Shown here piece after piece: positions 15,505 to 25,193 of a stretch of 64,000 bases of DNA. Numbering within the stretch: position 1 is the stretch's first letter; the number at the start of each line of letters is the position of its first letter. The position numbers were made by a program, and so were the translations under genes. The stretch covers positions 4,086 to 68,085 of the IMG/VR virus record IMGVR_UViG_3300032030_000073. One strand, 5' to 3'. The DNA is from a virus (Duplodnaviria > Caudoviricetes). Below the pieces are notes generated by a model. That model ran no database searches. It was not told where the DNA came from and saw only the letters and a list, made by a program, of their open reading frames with translations.

Positions 15505-15897
15505 ATGGCAAACTACCTCAAGAGGTCTTTCGTCTGCGACATGCTGCGCGTCTCGCGCTGGCAGTCGTACCAGATCGTCGGCTCGTCCTACGGGCCGCGC
15601 ATCAGCTCCGACGACGTTCTCGCCGTGATGAACCGCGCGCGTCGTGGCGGCCTCGCCCCGCTCGTCTATCCGGGACTCCCGCACGACCTCCTCACGCCCG
15701 AGGAGCTGTCGGCGGAACTGGTGGAATCCGACATCTCCGTGCGCGAGTTGCTCAACTGGACGCGCCGCACGAAGCCCGGCGCGATCCCGCCCCATTTCCA
15801 CATTACGCGGCGCACGATCCGATTCCCCCGCGCCGAGTTCATGGCGTGGCTAGACGCCCGTTCACGCCTAAAGTCGCTGAAAGTGAGGGTCGCGTAG
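15505..15897 (+). CDS. Excisionase-like (MerR/HTH_17-type) winged-helix protein, probably two tandem domains
   Basis: DLLTPEELSAEL...LLNWTRR...HFHITRRTIRFPRAEFMAWL; the N-half shows a similar pattern. Confidence 0.7.
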   Translation: MANYLKRSFVCDMLRVSRWQSYQIVGSSYGPRISSDDVLAVMNRARRGGLAPLVYPGLPHDLLTPEELSAELVESDISVRELLNWTRRTKPGAIPPHFHITRRTIRFPRAEFMAWLDARSRLKSLKVRVA

Positions 15898-16308
15898 ATG
15901 ACCGAAGCCGTCGAGAAGCGCGCGATCGCGTTCATTCGCACAATCGGCAACCGCTGCACGTCGTGCCTGCGACGCAACGAGGAGAACTGCCGTCGGTGCA
16001 TCTCGTCGTGGGCGAACGAGATACTGCATGACTACGAGAACGAGTCAGTGCCACAGCCCGACTACTCGCTTTCCGCGCGGATGATGATGATCGCAGACGC
16101 TCTCGACAAGGCCGGGCGTCCGCTCCTCTCGTCCGAGATCGACCTGAAGAAACTTTGCACGAAGCAGCTCAAGCGGTGGACGCTCCAGAAGATGATACGC
16201 CTCGGATTCGTGCGCCGCACGAAGACGTGCAGCACGGCGCATTTGTACCGCTATTCGCTCAACCGCAACAAGCCATTTCCAGCATCTGCTGGACAACCCC
16301 AAAAGTAA
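15898..16308 (+). CDS. Cys-cluster plus winged-helix-like protein
   Basis: CTSC...CRRC, then SSEIDL...WTLQKMIRLGFVRR...YRYSL. Confidence 0.6.
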   Translation: MTEAVEKRAIAFIRTIGNRCTSCLRRNEENCRRCISSWANEILHDYENESVPQPDYSLSARMMMIADALDKAGRPLLSSEIDLKKLCTKQLKRWTLQKMIRLGFVRRTKTCSTAHLYRYSLNRNKPFPASAGQPQK

Positions 16309-16331
16309 AATCCAAAATGAAAAGAGACATC

Positions 16332-17336
16332 ATGAAACAAACAGCAGTACCGCAGGCGGCGACAACCGCCGTGGCAGTCGCGCCGCAGGGCGGCACCGCC
16401 CTCGCGAACATCATCCCGATCAACGGCATGGAGGACATTTCGCGCCTCGGCGTGGCCGTTGCGAAGTCCGGCTGGTTCGGCAGCATCGGGCAGTCCACAG
16501 GCGAGATGATCGCAATGACCATGCTCCAGGAGCGCATCAGCCCTGTGACGTTCAAGAAGAAGTATCACGTCATGGGCGACGGTTCGCTCTCCGTGGCAAG
16601 CCGCGCCATCGTCAGCGCGTTCAAGCGGCTCGGCGGCAAGATGAAGCTGCACGAGGTCGGCAAGGACAAGTGCGACATCACCTTCAGTTACGACGGCAAC
16701 GAGCTCCGCTACGCCGTCACGCTACAGGAGTTCATCGACAACGGCGTTGCCGTCTCCGCGAAGACGGGCGTGCTCAAGGACAACTGGGCGAAGTTCAGCG
16801 GCGACATGCTCTACGCCCGCTGCTGCTCGTTCGCGATCCGCAAGGTCTGCCCGGAGGCGGACGACGGCCTGTACACGTCAGAAGAGGTCGCGGACTTCGA
16901 CGATGCGCCCGCCGCGCCGAAGCCGGAGCCGGTCAAGATCGACAAGTCCGAGGTTGTCTCGCGCCTCGCGAAGTCCGAAGCGAAGCCCGTCGCGCCCGTC
17001 GCTCCGTCCCATGCTCCCGCTCCCGCCGCAAAGCCGGATGTCGTGGAGGCCGAAGTCGTAGAAACGTCTGTGCATCCCGATCCAATGGTTGAGGCACAAA
17101 ATAAACTTGAAGCAGCCCGTGCCGCAAAACAGCCAGATCAGCCTGTCGCGCCAGACGTTGAGGTCACCGTCTGCCCAATAAAAGGCAACTTCTTCAACGT
17201 CCCCTTCTCCGACATGGAGCCGGACATTCTCATGTTTGTACTGATGCCGGAGACCGCGCAGCGCCACCCCGAACTCACGCCCGCGCACGTCGAGGCCGCG
17301 AAGGCCGCCGCCCGCGCAAAGGGAATGGAGGTCTGA
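16332..17336 (+). CDS. RecT/Red-beta-like single-strand annealing protein
   Basis: NWAKFSGDMLYARCCSFAIRKVCPE...GLYTSEEV motif followed by a Pro/Ala-rich tail. Confidence 0.75.
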   Translation: MKQTAVPQAATTAVAVAPQGGTALANIIPINGMEDISRLGVAVAKSGWFGSIGQSTGEMIAMTMLQERISPVTFKKKYHVMGDGSLSVASRAIVSAFKRLGGKMKLHEVGKDKCDITFSYDGNELRYAVTLQEFIDNGVAVSAKTGVLKDNWAKFSGDMLYARCCSFAIRKVCPEADDGLYTSEEVADFDDAPAAPKPEPVKIDKSEVVSRLAKSEAKPVAPVAPSHAPAPAAKPDVVEAEVVETSVHPDPMVEAQNKLEAARAAKQPDQPVAPDVEVTVCPIKGNFFNVPFSDMEPDILMFVLMPETAQRHPELTPAHVEAAKAAARAKGMEV

Positions 17337-17337
17337 C

Positions 17338-17997
17338 ATGGGCACGAATAATTTACCAACCTTGCAGAACATGGTCTCCGCGTCCGTCGCGCAGGAGTTG
17401 GCCGACACTACCGCCGCCCTCATGCCCATCGTCGCCGTGCAGAACGACGCCGACGCCCGCCGCGCCAAGAACGCCGTCAAGGCCGTCAAGGCCGTCGTGA
17501 AGGTGATCGCGGAGACGCGCCTCGCTGCCACGCGCCAGGCCGACGCCTGGAAGAAGCGCGTGATCGAGCAGGAGCGCGAGTTCTGCGCCGCCGCGAACGC
17601 CGAGATCGAGCGCGTGGACGAGCTTGTCGGCTCGTATGTCGCCGCGAAGGCGCAGGCCGAGGAAGAAGCCCGCCGCGCAGAGGAGGCGAAGCGCGCGGCT
17701 GAACTTGCTGAGGCCCAGCGAGTCGCCGAGGCCGAAGCCGCGCTCACGGGAAAGGAGATCGCCGTGCCCGTGCCCGTCGCGGAAGAGTCGCAGAAGAAAA
17801 CGCCAATCGTGCAGGGCGTGACCGCCCGCACCGTGTGGACGTTCGAGATCACGGACGCCGACGCCGTCCCGCGCGCCTATTGTACGCCGGACGAGAAGGC
17901 AATCCGCGCCTACATGGACGCGGCCAAGAAGTCTGGCGCTTCCATCGAATCCCTGTCCATTCCAGGCGTGACATTCCGCAAGGAAATCCGCGTCTGA
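17338..17997 (+). CDS. Gp157-like coiled-coil protein
   Basis: Long coiled coil with C-terminal WTFEITDADAVPRAYCTPDEKAI...IPGV. Confidence 0.65.
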   Translation: MGTNNLPTLQNMVSASVAQELADTTAALMPIVAVQNDADARRAKNAVKAVKAVVKVIAETRLAATRQADAWKKRVIEQEREFCAAANAEIERVDELVGSYVAAKAQAEEEARRAEEAKRAAELAEAQRVAEAEAALTGKEIAVPVPVAEESQKKTPIVQGVTARTVWTFEITDADAVPRAYCTPDEKAIRAYMDAAKKSGASIESLSIPGVTFRKEIRV

Positions 17998-17999
17998 AT

Positions 18000-18040
18000 T
18001 TCGTGGGCGGCGGAGAAGGTGTCTCGCCGCCGCCCACGAA
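18000..18040 (+). other. Strong intergenic hairpin without U tract
   Basis: TTCGTGGGCGGCGG/CCGCCGCCCACGAA 14-bp perfect stem. Confidence 0.7.
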
Positions 18041-18092
18041 CCTTAAAACCAAGAGCCACCAGCAGAAAAAACAAAGAAGAAAGAAGCAAACC

Positions 18093-18659
18093 ATGAGCAC
18101 AGCAACAGCAACAATCCCCGCCCCGAAGAGCAAAACCTACCGCGACCTCTACGAGGGCCCCGCGACCATCGTCTCCACCGACGCGACAGATCTCCGCTTC
18201 ACGGACGGTCTGACCGACGAGGAGGCCGCCGCCGGATTCCTCGTCGTCCTGCGCGTCCAGCCGAAGGACGACAAGATGAGCGCGCAGACCATCGAGCTGG
18301 AGTTCTCCGACCGCGAATGCCGCCAGAAGAACTACATCGGCAAGAAGCAGAAGGACGTGACGCGCGACGAGCTTTTCGCGCACAAGCTCATTTCCGGCGC
18401 GGACGCCGCCAGCGCGAACGTCGCGGAAATCTTCGATGAGTCCGTCAAGGGCAAGGAGATCATGGTGCGCGTCACCGAGACCACCGACCCCACCAAGGAG
18501 CCTAATAAGCAGAAGCGCGTGAACTGCTACCTCTCCAGCCGCCCCCCCGCGCTGTCCGCCGCCGAGCGCGCCAAGCGCATCGCGTTGCTCACGGGCAAGC
18601 CCGTGCCCGCAACGCCCGCGCCGACTGCCGCCGCGCCCGTCACGGCCAACCCGTTCTGA
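18093..18659 (+). CDS. Candidate ssDNA-binding protein
   Basis: 188 aa, beta-rich core, flexible tail ending in NPF, located in the recombination module. Confidence 0.5.
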   Translation: MSTATATIPAPKSKTYRDLYEGPATIVSTDATDLRFTDGLTDEEAAAGFLVVLRVQPKDDKMSAQTIELEFSDRECRQKNYIGKKQKDVTRDELFAHKLISGADAASANVAEIFDESVKGKEIMVRVTETTDPTKEPNKQKRVNCYLSSRPPALSAAERAKRIALLTGKPVPATPAPTAAAPVTANPF

Positions 18660-18727
18660 TTTGAGTCCATGCACTCATAAAGAAGCCCTGCAACTAAAGG
18701 CAACCCGTCCAAAGGTAGGTTCCAGCC

Positions 18728-19216
18728 ATGCACGTCGTGATCGATAAGAGAGAGCAGCAGCCATGGGTATTTCCCGAAGGAGTGGAAGTCTCCGTCGGGA
18801 CTATACGCCAAGGCGACTACGCCCTCCGTGGAGACAATGCGTTTTCCATTGAGCGGAAGTCACTTGCCGACTTTCGCGGCACGGTCGTGCGTGGCTGGGA
18901 CCGTTTTCGGCGCGAACTTCTCCGCATGGATCTCGCGGGATTCGCGCAGAAGGTGATAATCGTGGAGGGCGATTTCGCCGACTACTGCTTCAAGGAACTG
19001 CCCGACGGCGAGGGCATCGAGGAGCCGTCCGCCGGAGCGGACGAGGTTTTTACGCCGTCGCTTGCCGCGCGCCGCGTAGCCGAGCTAACCATCTTCCACC
19101 GTGTTGCCGTCCTCTTCGCCCGTGACGAGGGCATCGCCGCCGCGCTTGCGTTCCAGATTCTCCTCCAGCGGCAGAACCAGCTCACGGGCATCGTCAAACT
19201 TCCGAAAGACCAATGA
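18728..19216 (+). CDS. ERCC4-domain nuclease
   Basis: IDKREQQP, GDY and IERKSLAD motifs. Confidence 0.9.
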   Translation: MHVVIDKREQQPWVFPEGVEVSVGTIRQGDYALRGDNAFSIERKSLADFRGTVVRGWDRFRRELLRMDLAGFAQKVIIVEGDFADYCFKELPDGEGIEEPSAGADEVFTPSLAARRVAELTIFHRVAVLFARDEGIAAALAFQILLQRQNQLTGIVKLPKDQ

Positions 19217-21297
19217 TCTCGTCCGCCACACAGACAATCTCCTGCACCGTCTCCCGCGTCGTCCATCCGCGCGAGCCGTTCACCGACGGACAGCCCCGCT
19301 TCTGCGTCCTGCTCACGTCCATCGGCAAGGCCACGGGCATGCTGCCCTTCTACCCCGAATCGGGGATGCGTCTCAAGCTCACTGGCGAACGCCGCGAGTG
19401 GAACGGCGAATTGCAGTTTCGTTTCTCCCGCGCCCTGCACGACGCGCCCGCAGACCCCAAGGCCCTGCTCGATTACGTCGCGACCATCGCGAAGGGCGTA
19501 GGCCCCAAGACCGCCGATAGGATTTGGGCGGACTACGGCGCGGACTGGCAAGCGCACATCGACGACCTCAAGCCGTCCGTCTCGCTCGCCCTGCGTCGCA
19601 CGATGGACGCGCTCGCCGCGAACAAGGCGCGCTTCGACCTCACCGTGTACATGGTCTCCATCGGTGGTTCGCCGCGCATGGCGGACGCCGCGTGGGCCGC
19701 ATGGGGCGAGAACGCTTCCGCCACCATCGAGGCAAACCCCTACCTCCTCGCCACGCTCCCCGGCATCGGATTCAAGACAGTGGACGGCGACATCCGCCGC
19801 CACTTCAAGATCAAGGACGAGGACATCCGCCGCGCCGTGGCCGCGATCGACTACGCCTTGCGCGAGCTGATGGAGCAGTCCGGCGATTCCGTCGTGCGGC
19901 GCGACTCGCTCTATTCGCAGTTCCACGACCTCGGCATCTCCCGCGCCGTCGCGTCCCTTGCGCTCGCCAAGCTTATCCGTTCCGGGCGTATTCGCTACAT
20001 CGGCATGGACATGGTGACGACGAATGCCGTTGCGACGCATGAAGGTGACATCTACCGCTACATCACTGATCACATTTCCGAACCGCAGAAGTTGTCTATT
20101 CCATACGATGCGATTCGGGATATTGAGTATAAGTTTGACGATTCTCAAATTCTCGCCATCTCTGCCGCCACCTCCAACCTCGGCCTTACCGTCATCAACG
20201 GCGGCGCCGGCGCGGGCAAGACAACCATCATCAAAGCCATCTGCCGCATCCTTGAATATCGTGGCTGCGCCGTTTCGCTCTGCGCGTTCGCGGGCAAGGC
20301 GGCGGCGCGTCTGCGCGAGGCTACAGGCCACCACGCATCCACCATCCACTCCATGCTCATGTACTCCGGCGACGGCCTCGGCTTCACCGCCGGGAACCTG
20401 CACGGGCGCACGGTGATCGTGGACGAGGCTTCGATGGTGCCGTCCGCCCTGCTATACGAGATCACGAAGCGCGACCCCGAACGGCTCATCCTCGTCGGCG
20501 ACCAAGCCCAACTCCAGCCCGTCGGCATCGGCTCGCCGTTCCACGACGTTATCGACACGTTGCCGACAGTTGTTCATACTCTGACGACGTGCTATCGCAA
20601 TAAGGAGGCCGTGTTTGCCGCCGCCGCGAAGATACGCAATGGCGAAATGCCGTCCGAGGGGAAGTCTGCGCGCGAGGAGTTCGCCGTCCGCCGATTCGAT
20701 TCGCCCGAAGCCGTCCATGCGTTCATCGAGGAGGCTGTCAAGGCGGGCGAGATAGACTTCGACCAGGACCTCGTTCTCTCCCCACGCAACGGCGAGGGCG
20801 AGGAGCCCGCCGCCGCCACGGTGAAGTCGCTCAATGCAAGCATACAGGCCATCGAGAATCCGCACGAGGACGGCGTGAAGTTCATGCCGGAGGACCGCGT
20901 GATGTGTACCAAGAATTTTCCGAAACTGGACATCTGGAACGGCACGACGGGCTGGATCACCCGCGTTGACCGCGACGGCAAGCCCTTCTTCCTTCCCGAC
21001 GACGCCGATTCCGAGTACGACGAAATCCGCCTGGGCGAGAAGGAGCAGCAGCAGGCCATCGCGCCCGCGTGGTGCCTCACCGTACACAAGGCGCAGGGCT
21101 CGCAGTACCGCGACGTTTACGTGGTCTGCCTCCGCCGCGACGCGGCCCGGCTCTTCGACCGCTCCATGCTCTACACCGCCGTCACCCGCGCAAAGCGCAA
21201 GTGCGTTCTGCTGTGCGACGACGGCATCGACCGAATTATCGGCGCGGTCCGCCGCCGCCGCACGTATCTTCAACTGCTCTTCAAGGGAGAGGCGTGA
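19213..21297 (+). CDS. RecD2-like SF1 helicase
   Basis: HhH region NPYLLATLPGIGFKTVD, Walker A GGAGAGKT, IVDEASMV, LVGDQAQL, LTVHKAQGSQY, LYTAVTRAK. Confidence 0.92.
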   Translation: MISSATQTISCTVSRVVHPREPFTDGQPRFCVLLTSIGKATGMLPFYPESGMRLKLTGERREWNGELQFRFSRALHDAPADPKALLDYVATIAKGVGPKTADRIWADYGADWQAHIDDLKPSVSLALRRTMDALAANKARFDLTVYMVSIGGSPRMADAAWAAWGENASATIEANPYLLATLPGIGFKTVDGDIRRHFKIKDEDIRRAVAAIDYALRELMEQSGDSVVRRDSLYSQFHDLGISRAVASLALAKLIRSGRIRYIGMDMVTTNAVATHEGDIYRYITDHISEPQKLSIPYDAIRDIEYKFDDSQILAISAATSNLGLTVINGGAGAGKTTIIKAICRILEYRGCAVSLCAFAGKAAARLREATGHHASTIHSMLMYSGDGLGFTAGNLHGRTVIVDEASMVPSALLYEITKRDPERLILVGDQAQLQPVGIGSPFHDVIDTLPTVVHTLTTCYRNKEAVFAAAAKIRNGEMPSEGKSAREEFAVRRFDSPEAVHAFIEEAVKAGEIDFDQDLVLSPRNGEGEEPAAATVKSLNASIQAIENPHEDGVKFMPEDRVMCTKNFPKLDIWNGTTGWITRVDRDGKPFFLPDDADSEYDEIRLGEKEQQQAIAPAWCLTVHKAQGSQYRDVYVVCLRRDAARLFDRSMLYTAVTRAKRKCVLLCDDGIDRIIGAVRRRRTYLQLLFKGEA

Positions 21298-23897
21298 TGG
21301 CGGTCGCAATCTACGACTTCAACGAGATCAAGCGGCGCGTGACGTGCGAGGACTACCTCCGCGAGCGCGGCGTGAAGGTCAGCGCGGGACGATGCGCCGC
21401 CACATGGCGCGGCGGCAAGGGCCAGAACGTGTCCATTGACGGCGCAGTGTGGCACGACTTCAAGACGGACGAGGGCGGCTCCGTGCTTGACCTCTGCAAG
21501 CGCGTCGAGGGGCTTTCTGACTTGCAGGACGCCGCCCGCGTCCTCGGGGAGCGCTTCAACGTCGAGCCGAAGATCAAGACGCACAAGTCCACGCCGCTCG
21601 TCACACGCGCGCAGAAGCTCCTTGAAGCCGGCTACGTGCTGCAAGAAACCTATTGCTTCGAGGACATAGACGGCAAGCCCGTGTACTACGTGGACCGCTA
21701 CCGCTGGCCCAATCCATTCATCGAGCCGCCGGACGGCAAGGCGAAGGAGTTCGTGCAGCGCACCACGGAGCACGAGGGGCTTGACCCAGACACGCCGCAC
21801 CTTCTCTACCACCTTCCCGAAGTCGCCAAGGCGCAGGAGGTGTTCATCGTCGAAGGCGAGAAGGACGTTGAAACCCTGCGCAAGTTGGGGTTCGTCGCCA
21901 CAACTAACTCCGGCGGTGCGTCCAAGAGCGGCTCGTCCAAGTGGCCGGCGGAACTCAACGCCTGGTTCAAGGGCAAGGACGTGACGATCATCGCGGACAA
22001 CGACGACCCCGGCAAGGCCCACGCGCAGAACCTCGCCGCCATGCTCGCGCCCGTCGCGAAGTCTGTCCGCTGGTTCGTCATATCTGCGCTCCCCAAGGGC
22101 GACGTGACCGACTGGGTGGAGAAGGAAGGCGGCACCGCCGAAGCCCTCCGCGCCGCCGTAGCCGCGCTCGTTCCCGTCGCGAAGCCAGACGACGAGGCCG
22201 CCGCCGTCGCCGCCGCCAAGCTCGCGAACGAGACGGCGCTGACGAACTATGTCTGGACGGGCGAGGGAAAGAAGCGCAAGCCCGCGCCGATCAAGATTCT
22301 CGACATCGTGAAAGACATTCATACGCGCTTCCTCGGATTCCCCCGCCTCGTCGGAAGCACGCTCTTCGACCACGACAGGGACACGAATGAGATCAACGAG
22401 CTGAAGAAGGAGTATGACCTTTTCTCGTGGATGCAGGAGAAGTCCGGCCATCCGATAGACTGGGAGCGCGGAAGCCGCTTCACGTCGCGCCTGGAACTCT
22501 ATTCGTCTCTCGTCCGCAACTCCGCTAAGTACGAGCGCATTTCCGACATCCCCGACTGGCCGATGCGCAGGGACGTCTATTATTCCTACCGCGACAAGCT
22601 CGTCCCCACGAATGGGCACGAAGCCTTCGACAAGATGGTTTCATTTTTCCTGCCCGACGGGCGGCTCAACGAGATTCTTCTTCGCGCGTTCGTCCTCGCC
22701 GTCATGTACTACAGGCCGAACATCCCACGCCCCTGCTGGATCATCGACTCCACCAACGGACAGGCAGCAGGCAAAACTACGCTCGTTGACATGATCAATA
22801 TCCTCTTTAAGAATGAATCCATCAGCGTCCCGATACGGATGCTCGACTTCCAGCCGGACGAGGTGTGCAAGCGCATCGTGTCCTTCCAGGGTCGAAAAGC
22901 GAGAGTATTTCTGCTTGACAACGTGCGCGGCAACTTCTCGTCCTCGTTCTTCGCCGATCTCGTCACGCGTAACTCCATTGCCGGGCGCGCTCCATACGGC
23001 GAGGGGCACGAGACGCGCCCGAACGACCTCACCTACGTTATCACGTCCAACGCCGCACGCGTCGATTCCGACATCGCGTCCCGCGCGTTCACCCTCTATC
23101 TCCGCAACCCGAAGGTTTTCGACAAGGGCTGGCGCACCAAGTTCTTCGACTTCATCCAGCAGTTCCGCTATTCCGTTTTCGCCGACTGCATCGACATCCT
23201 CGACGGCCCGTCCTTCTGCGACCGCGACGCCGCGCTCACGCGGACGCCCGAGTTCGAGTACGACGTGCTGGGCAAGGTCTGCTCGTCGAAGGAGGAGTAC
23301 CGCGACGTGGTGGACTTCATCATCGAGACGCGTAAGAACATCAACGTGGAGAACGAGCTTGCAACGCTCGTCCAGGAGACAATCGAAATGCGCCTCGACG
23401 AAATCCTGAAGGCCGAGGGCGCTCACACCAACAACTCCATGCCGCAGCATCACGACATGGTTTGCGCGTGGATCCGCACGGCAGTCGTGGACTTCTGGCT
23501 AAAGAAGCAGTACCACGTTGACGTGCAGACGCTCCGCAACATGGTGGACACGGGCAAGACAACGCGCTTCCTAAAAGGGTTAAAACGCTATCCCAAAAGT
23601 TCAAGCACCGAAATCCGCGCCTCCGGCATCCTATACGTCGGGCGCAACCCGACGTGCCAGTACGTCCCGATCATCAACATGAACAAGGAGACTTCGGCCG
23701 GCCTCCTTCCCGGCAACGGATGGTTCCTCGACCCCGACACCGTGCGCGAGGCGACCGCCGCCATGCGCCAGGGCGTCTCCGTGACGATAGACGCGGAATC
23801 CTCCGCGCCGGCGGCTCAAATTCCCGCGTCCGCCGAACAGCCCGCCCTTCCCGTCGCTGACGCCGACGACATCCCTACGGAGGCGCTTCCTCTATGA
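21297..23897 (+). CDS. TOPRIM primase fused to a P-loop (helicase-like) domain
   Basis: FIVEGEKDVE, IIADNDDPGK; C-terminal GQAAGKTT and FLLDN; 866 aa from ATG 21297. Confidence 0.85.
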   Translation: MAVAIYDFNEIKRRVTCEDYLRERGVKVSAGRCAATWRGGKGQNVSIDGAVWHDFKTDEGGSVLDLCKRVEGLSDLQDAARVLGERFNVEPKIKTHKSTPLVTRAQKLLEAGYVLQETYCFEDIDGKPVYYVDRYRWPNPFIEPPDGKAKEFVQRTTEHEGLDPDTPHLLYHLPEVAKAQEVFIVEGEKDVETLRKLGFVATTNSGGASKSGSSKWPAELNAWFKGKDVTIIADNDDPGKAHAQNLAAMLAPVAKSVRWFVISALPKGDVTDWVEKEGGTAEALRAAVAALVPVAKPDDEAAAVAAAKLANETALTNYVWTGEGKKRKPAPIKILDIVKDIHTRFLGFPRLVGSTLFDHDRDTNEINELKKEYDLFSWMQEKSGHPIDWERGSRFTSRLELYSSLVRNSAKYERISDIPDWPMRRDVYYSYRDKLVPTNGHEAFDKMVSFFLPDGRLNEILLRAFVLAVMYYRPNIPRPCWIIDSTNGQAAGKTTLVDMINILFKNESISVPIRMLDFQPDEVCKRIVSFQGRKARVFLLDNVRGNFSSSFFADLVTRNSIAGRAPYGEGHETRPNDLTYVITSNAARVDSDIASRAFTLYLRNPKVFDKGWRTKFFDFIQQFRYSVFADCIDILDGPSFCDRDAALTRTPEFEYDVLGKVCSSKEEYRDVVDFIIETRKNINVENELATLVQETIEMRLDEILKAEGAHTNNSMPQHHDMVCAWIRTAVVDFWLKKQYHVDVQTLRNMVDTGKTTRFLKGLKRYPKSSSTEIRASGILYVGRNPTCQYVPIINMNKETSAGLLPGNGWFLDPDTVREATAAMRQGVSVTIDAESSAPAAQIPASAEQPALPVADADDIPTEALPL

Positions 23898-24484
23898 ACA
23901 TACGAATCTACCACAACAGCCGCAACGAGGCGGCGTCAACCGACGGCGCGCGCTGGTGGATCGGTACGGCCACGGACGAGCGGTCAATCGCGCTCGGCGA
24001 GTTGCAGCCTGTGTCAACGCTCTTCCCCGAAACGGACGGAGGAATCTGCCACGCGACGGTCGCGAAGGCCCGCGCCGTGTTCATGTCCGCCCTGCGCAGG
24101 TCCGCGCCAACGGTCGCGCCGAGCGACGACGCGGAGCGCGCTATCCTCCGCGCGGCGTGGGACGATGCAACGAAGTACGCGGAATCTCACGATGTGTTCG
24201 GCGTCGGCGTGCCGGTGTTCGACGGGAAGATGCTGCTTGTCGGCACGGCTGACGCGCTCTGCAATGATGCCAAAGGCGAGTTTACGTATTGCTATGCGCC
24301 GGACGGCTACAGGTGGGCGGGCGAGATGAACGCTGTCGTGCGGATGCTCCATCGCGGGCTTCCGATAGACGCGGAGGATGACCCGCACGGAACATACACA
24401 CTCCGCGAATTGTCGCGCGCGCTGTTGGCGGTCATCAACCGAGACAACACGGAGTGGTGTGCCAACAAGCAGAATCAGTTTTGA
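23894..24484 (+). CDS. Hypothetical protein
   Basis: 196 aa, ATGA coupling. Confidence 0.65.
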   Translation: MNIRIYHNSRNEAASTDGARWWIGTATDERSIALGELQPVSTLFPETDGGICHATVAKARAVFMSALRRSAPTVAPSDDAERAILRAAWDDATKYAESHDVFGVGVPVFDGKMLLVGTADALCNDAKGEFTYCYAPDGYRWAGEMNAVVRMLHRGLPIDAEDDPHGTYTLRELSRALLAVINRDNTEWCANKQNQF

Positions 24485-24507
24485 CAAACAAAAAGGAGAC
24501 GCAGAAA

Positions 24508-24657
24508 ATGATCGAACTCACAAAGACTAAACTTGCGATGGCGAACGAGATAGTCCGCCTGCGGCGCGCCCTGTCGTGGGCGTGGCTTGCGATAGGCGCG
24601 CTTTCGCTGACAACAATAGGCGCGTGCGTCGCGATGGTGGAGATCGCGCGGCATTGA
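24508..24657 (+). CDS. Small membrane protein
   Basis: 49 aa, RBS AAGGAG, one TM segment. Confidence 0.55.
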   Translation: MIELTKTKLAMANEIVRLRRALSWAWLAIGALSLTTIGACVAMVEIARH

Positions 24658-24792
24658 GAGATTTCCCCGTCCGGGTGGGCGGGGGCCGTCCGCGCGTGGC
24701 CGACACGCCGGATAGCGGATGTGCGGTGGGTTGGTGTTTTCCCCATGCGCGCGGGCGGCTTGTTTTTGAACGAGGAACGAGAAAGGCAAAAG

Positions 24793-25020
24793 ATGAAGTG
24801 CAAAAAAGCAGAGAAATGGACGGACGTTGCAACGCTCGTCGCGTCCGTTGTCCAGTCTGTGATATGCGCGACAACAGGCAGGTGTCACGAAATGCTTGCT
24901 TGGGCGTGTGTCGCGATGTGGGTGTGCATTGCCGCAATACGCCGCAGTACACGAGACACGCTATACGGGCGTTGGCTGAATGCCGTAGGTGGGCCGAAGG
25001 AAGGCGAGGTGGCGGAATGA
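24793..25020 (+). CDS. Small membrane protein
   Basis: 75 aa, two hydrophobic segments. Confidence 0.5.
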   Translation: MKCKKAEKWTDVATLVASVVQSVICATTGRCHEMLAWACVAMWVCIAAIRRSTRDTLYGRWLNAVGGPKEGEVAE

Positions 25021-25193
25021 TCGACACGAGCATAACGGACGCGGCATTCGAGGACGGATTGGCCGAGCGCCGGCATTCAAGGACGCGCAAGCGGCAGACG
25101 TGCGACACGTGCGCGCACTACGGGTGCTGCGCAGACCTGCACAACTGCGGAGGGATGCGATGGGAGGAGGCCGAAGATGGAACTGACAACTGA
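25017..25193 (+). CDS. Small Cys-rich protein
   Basis: 58 aa, CDTCAHYGCC...C...W. Confidence 0.55.
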   Translation: MIDTSITDAAFEDGLAERRHSRTRKRQTCDTCAHYGCCADLHNCGGMRWEEAEDGTDN

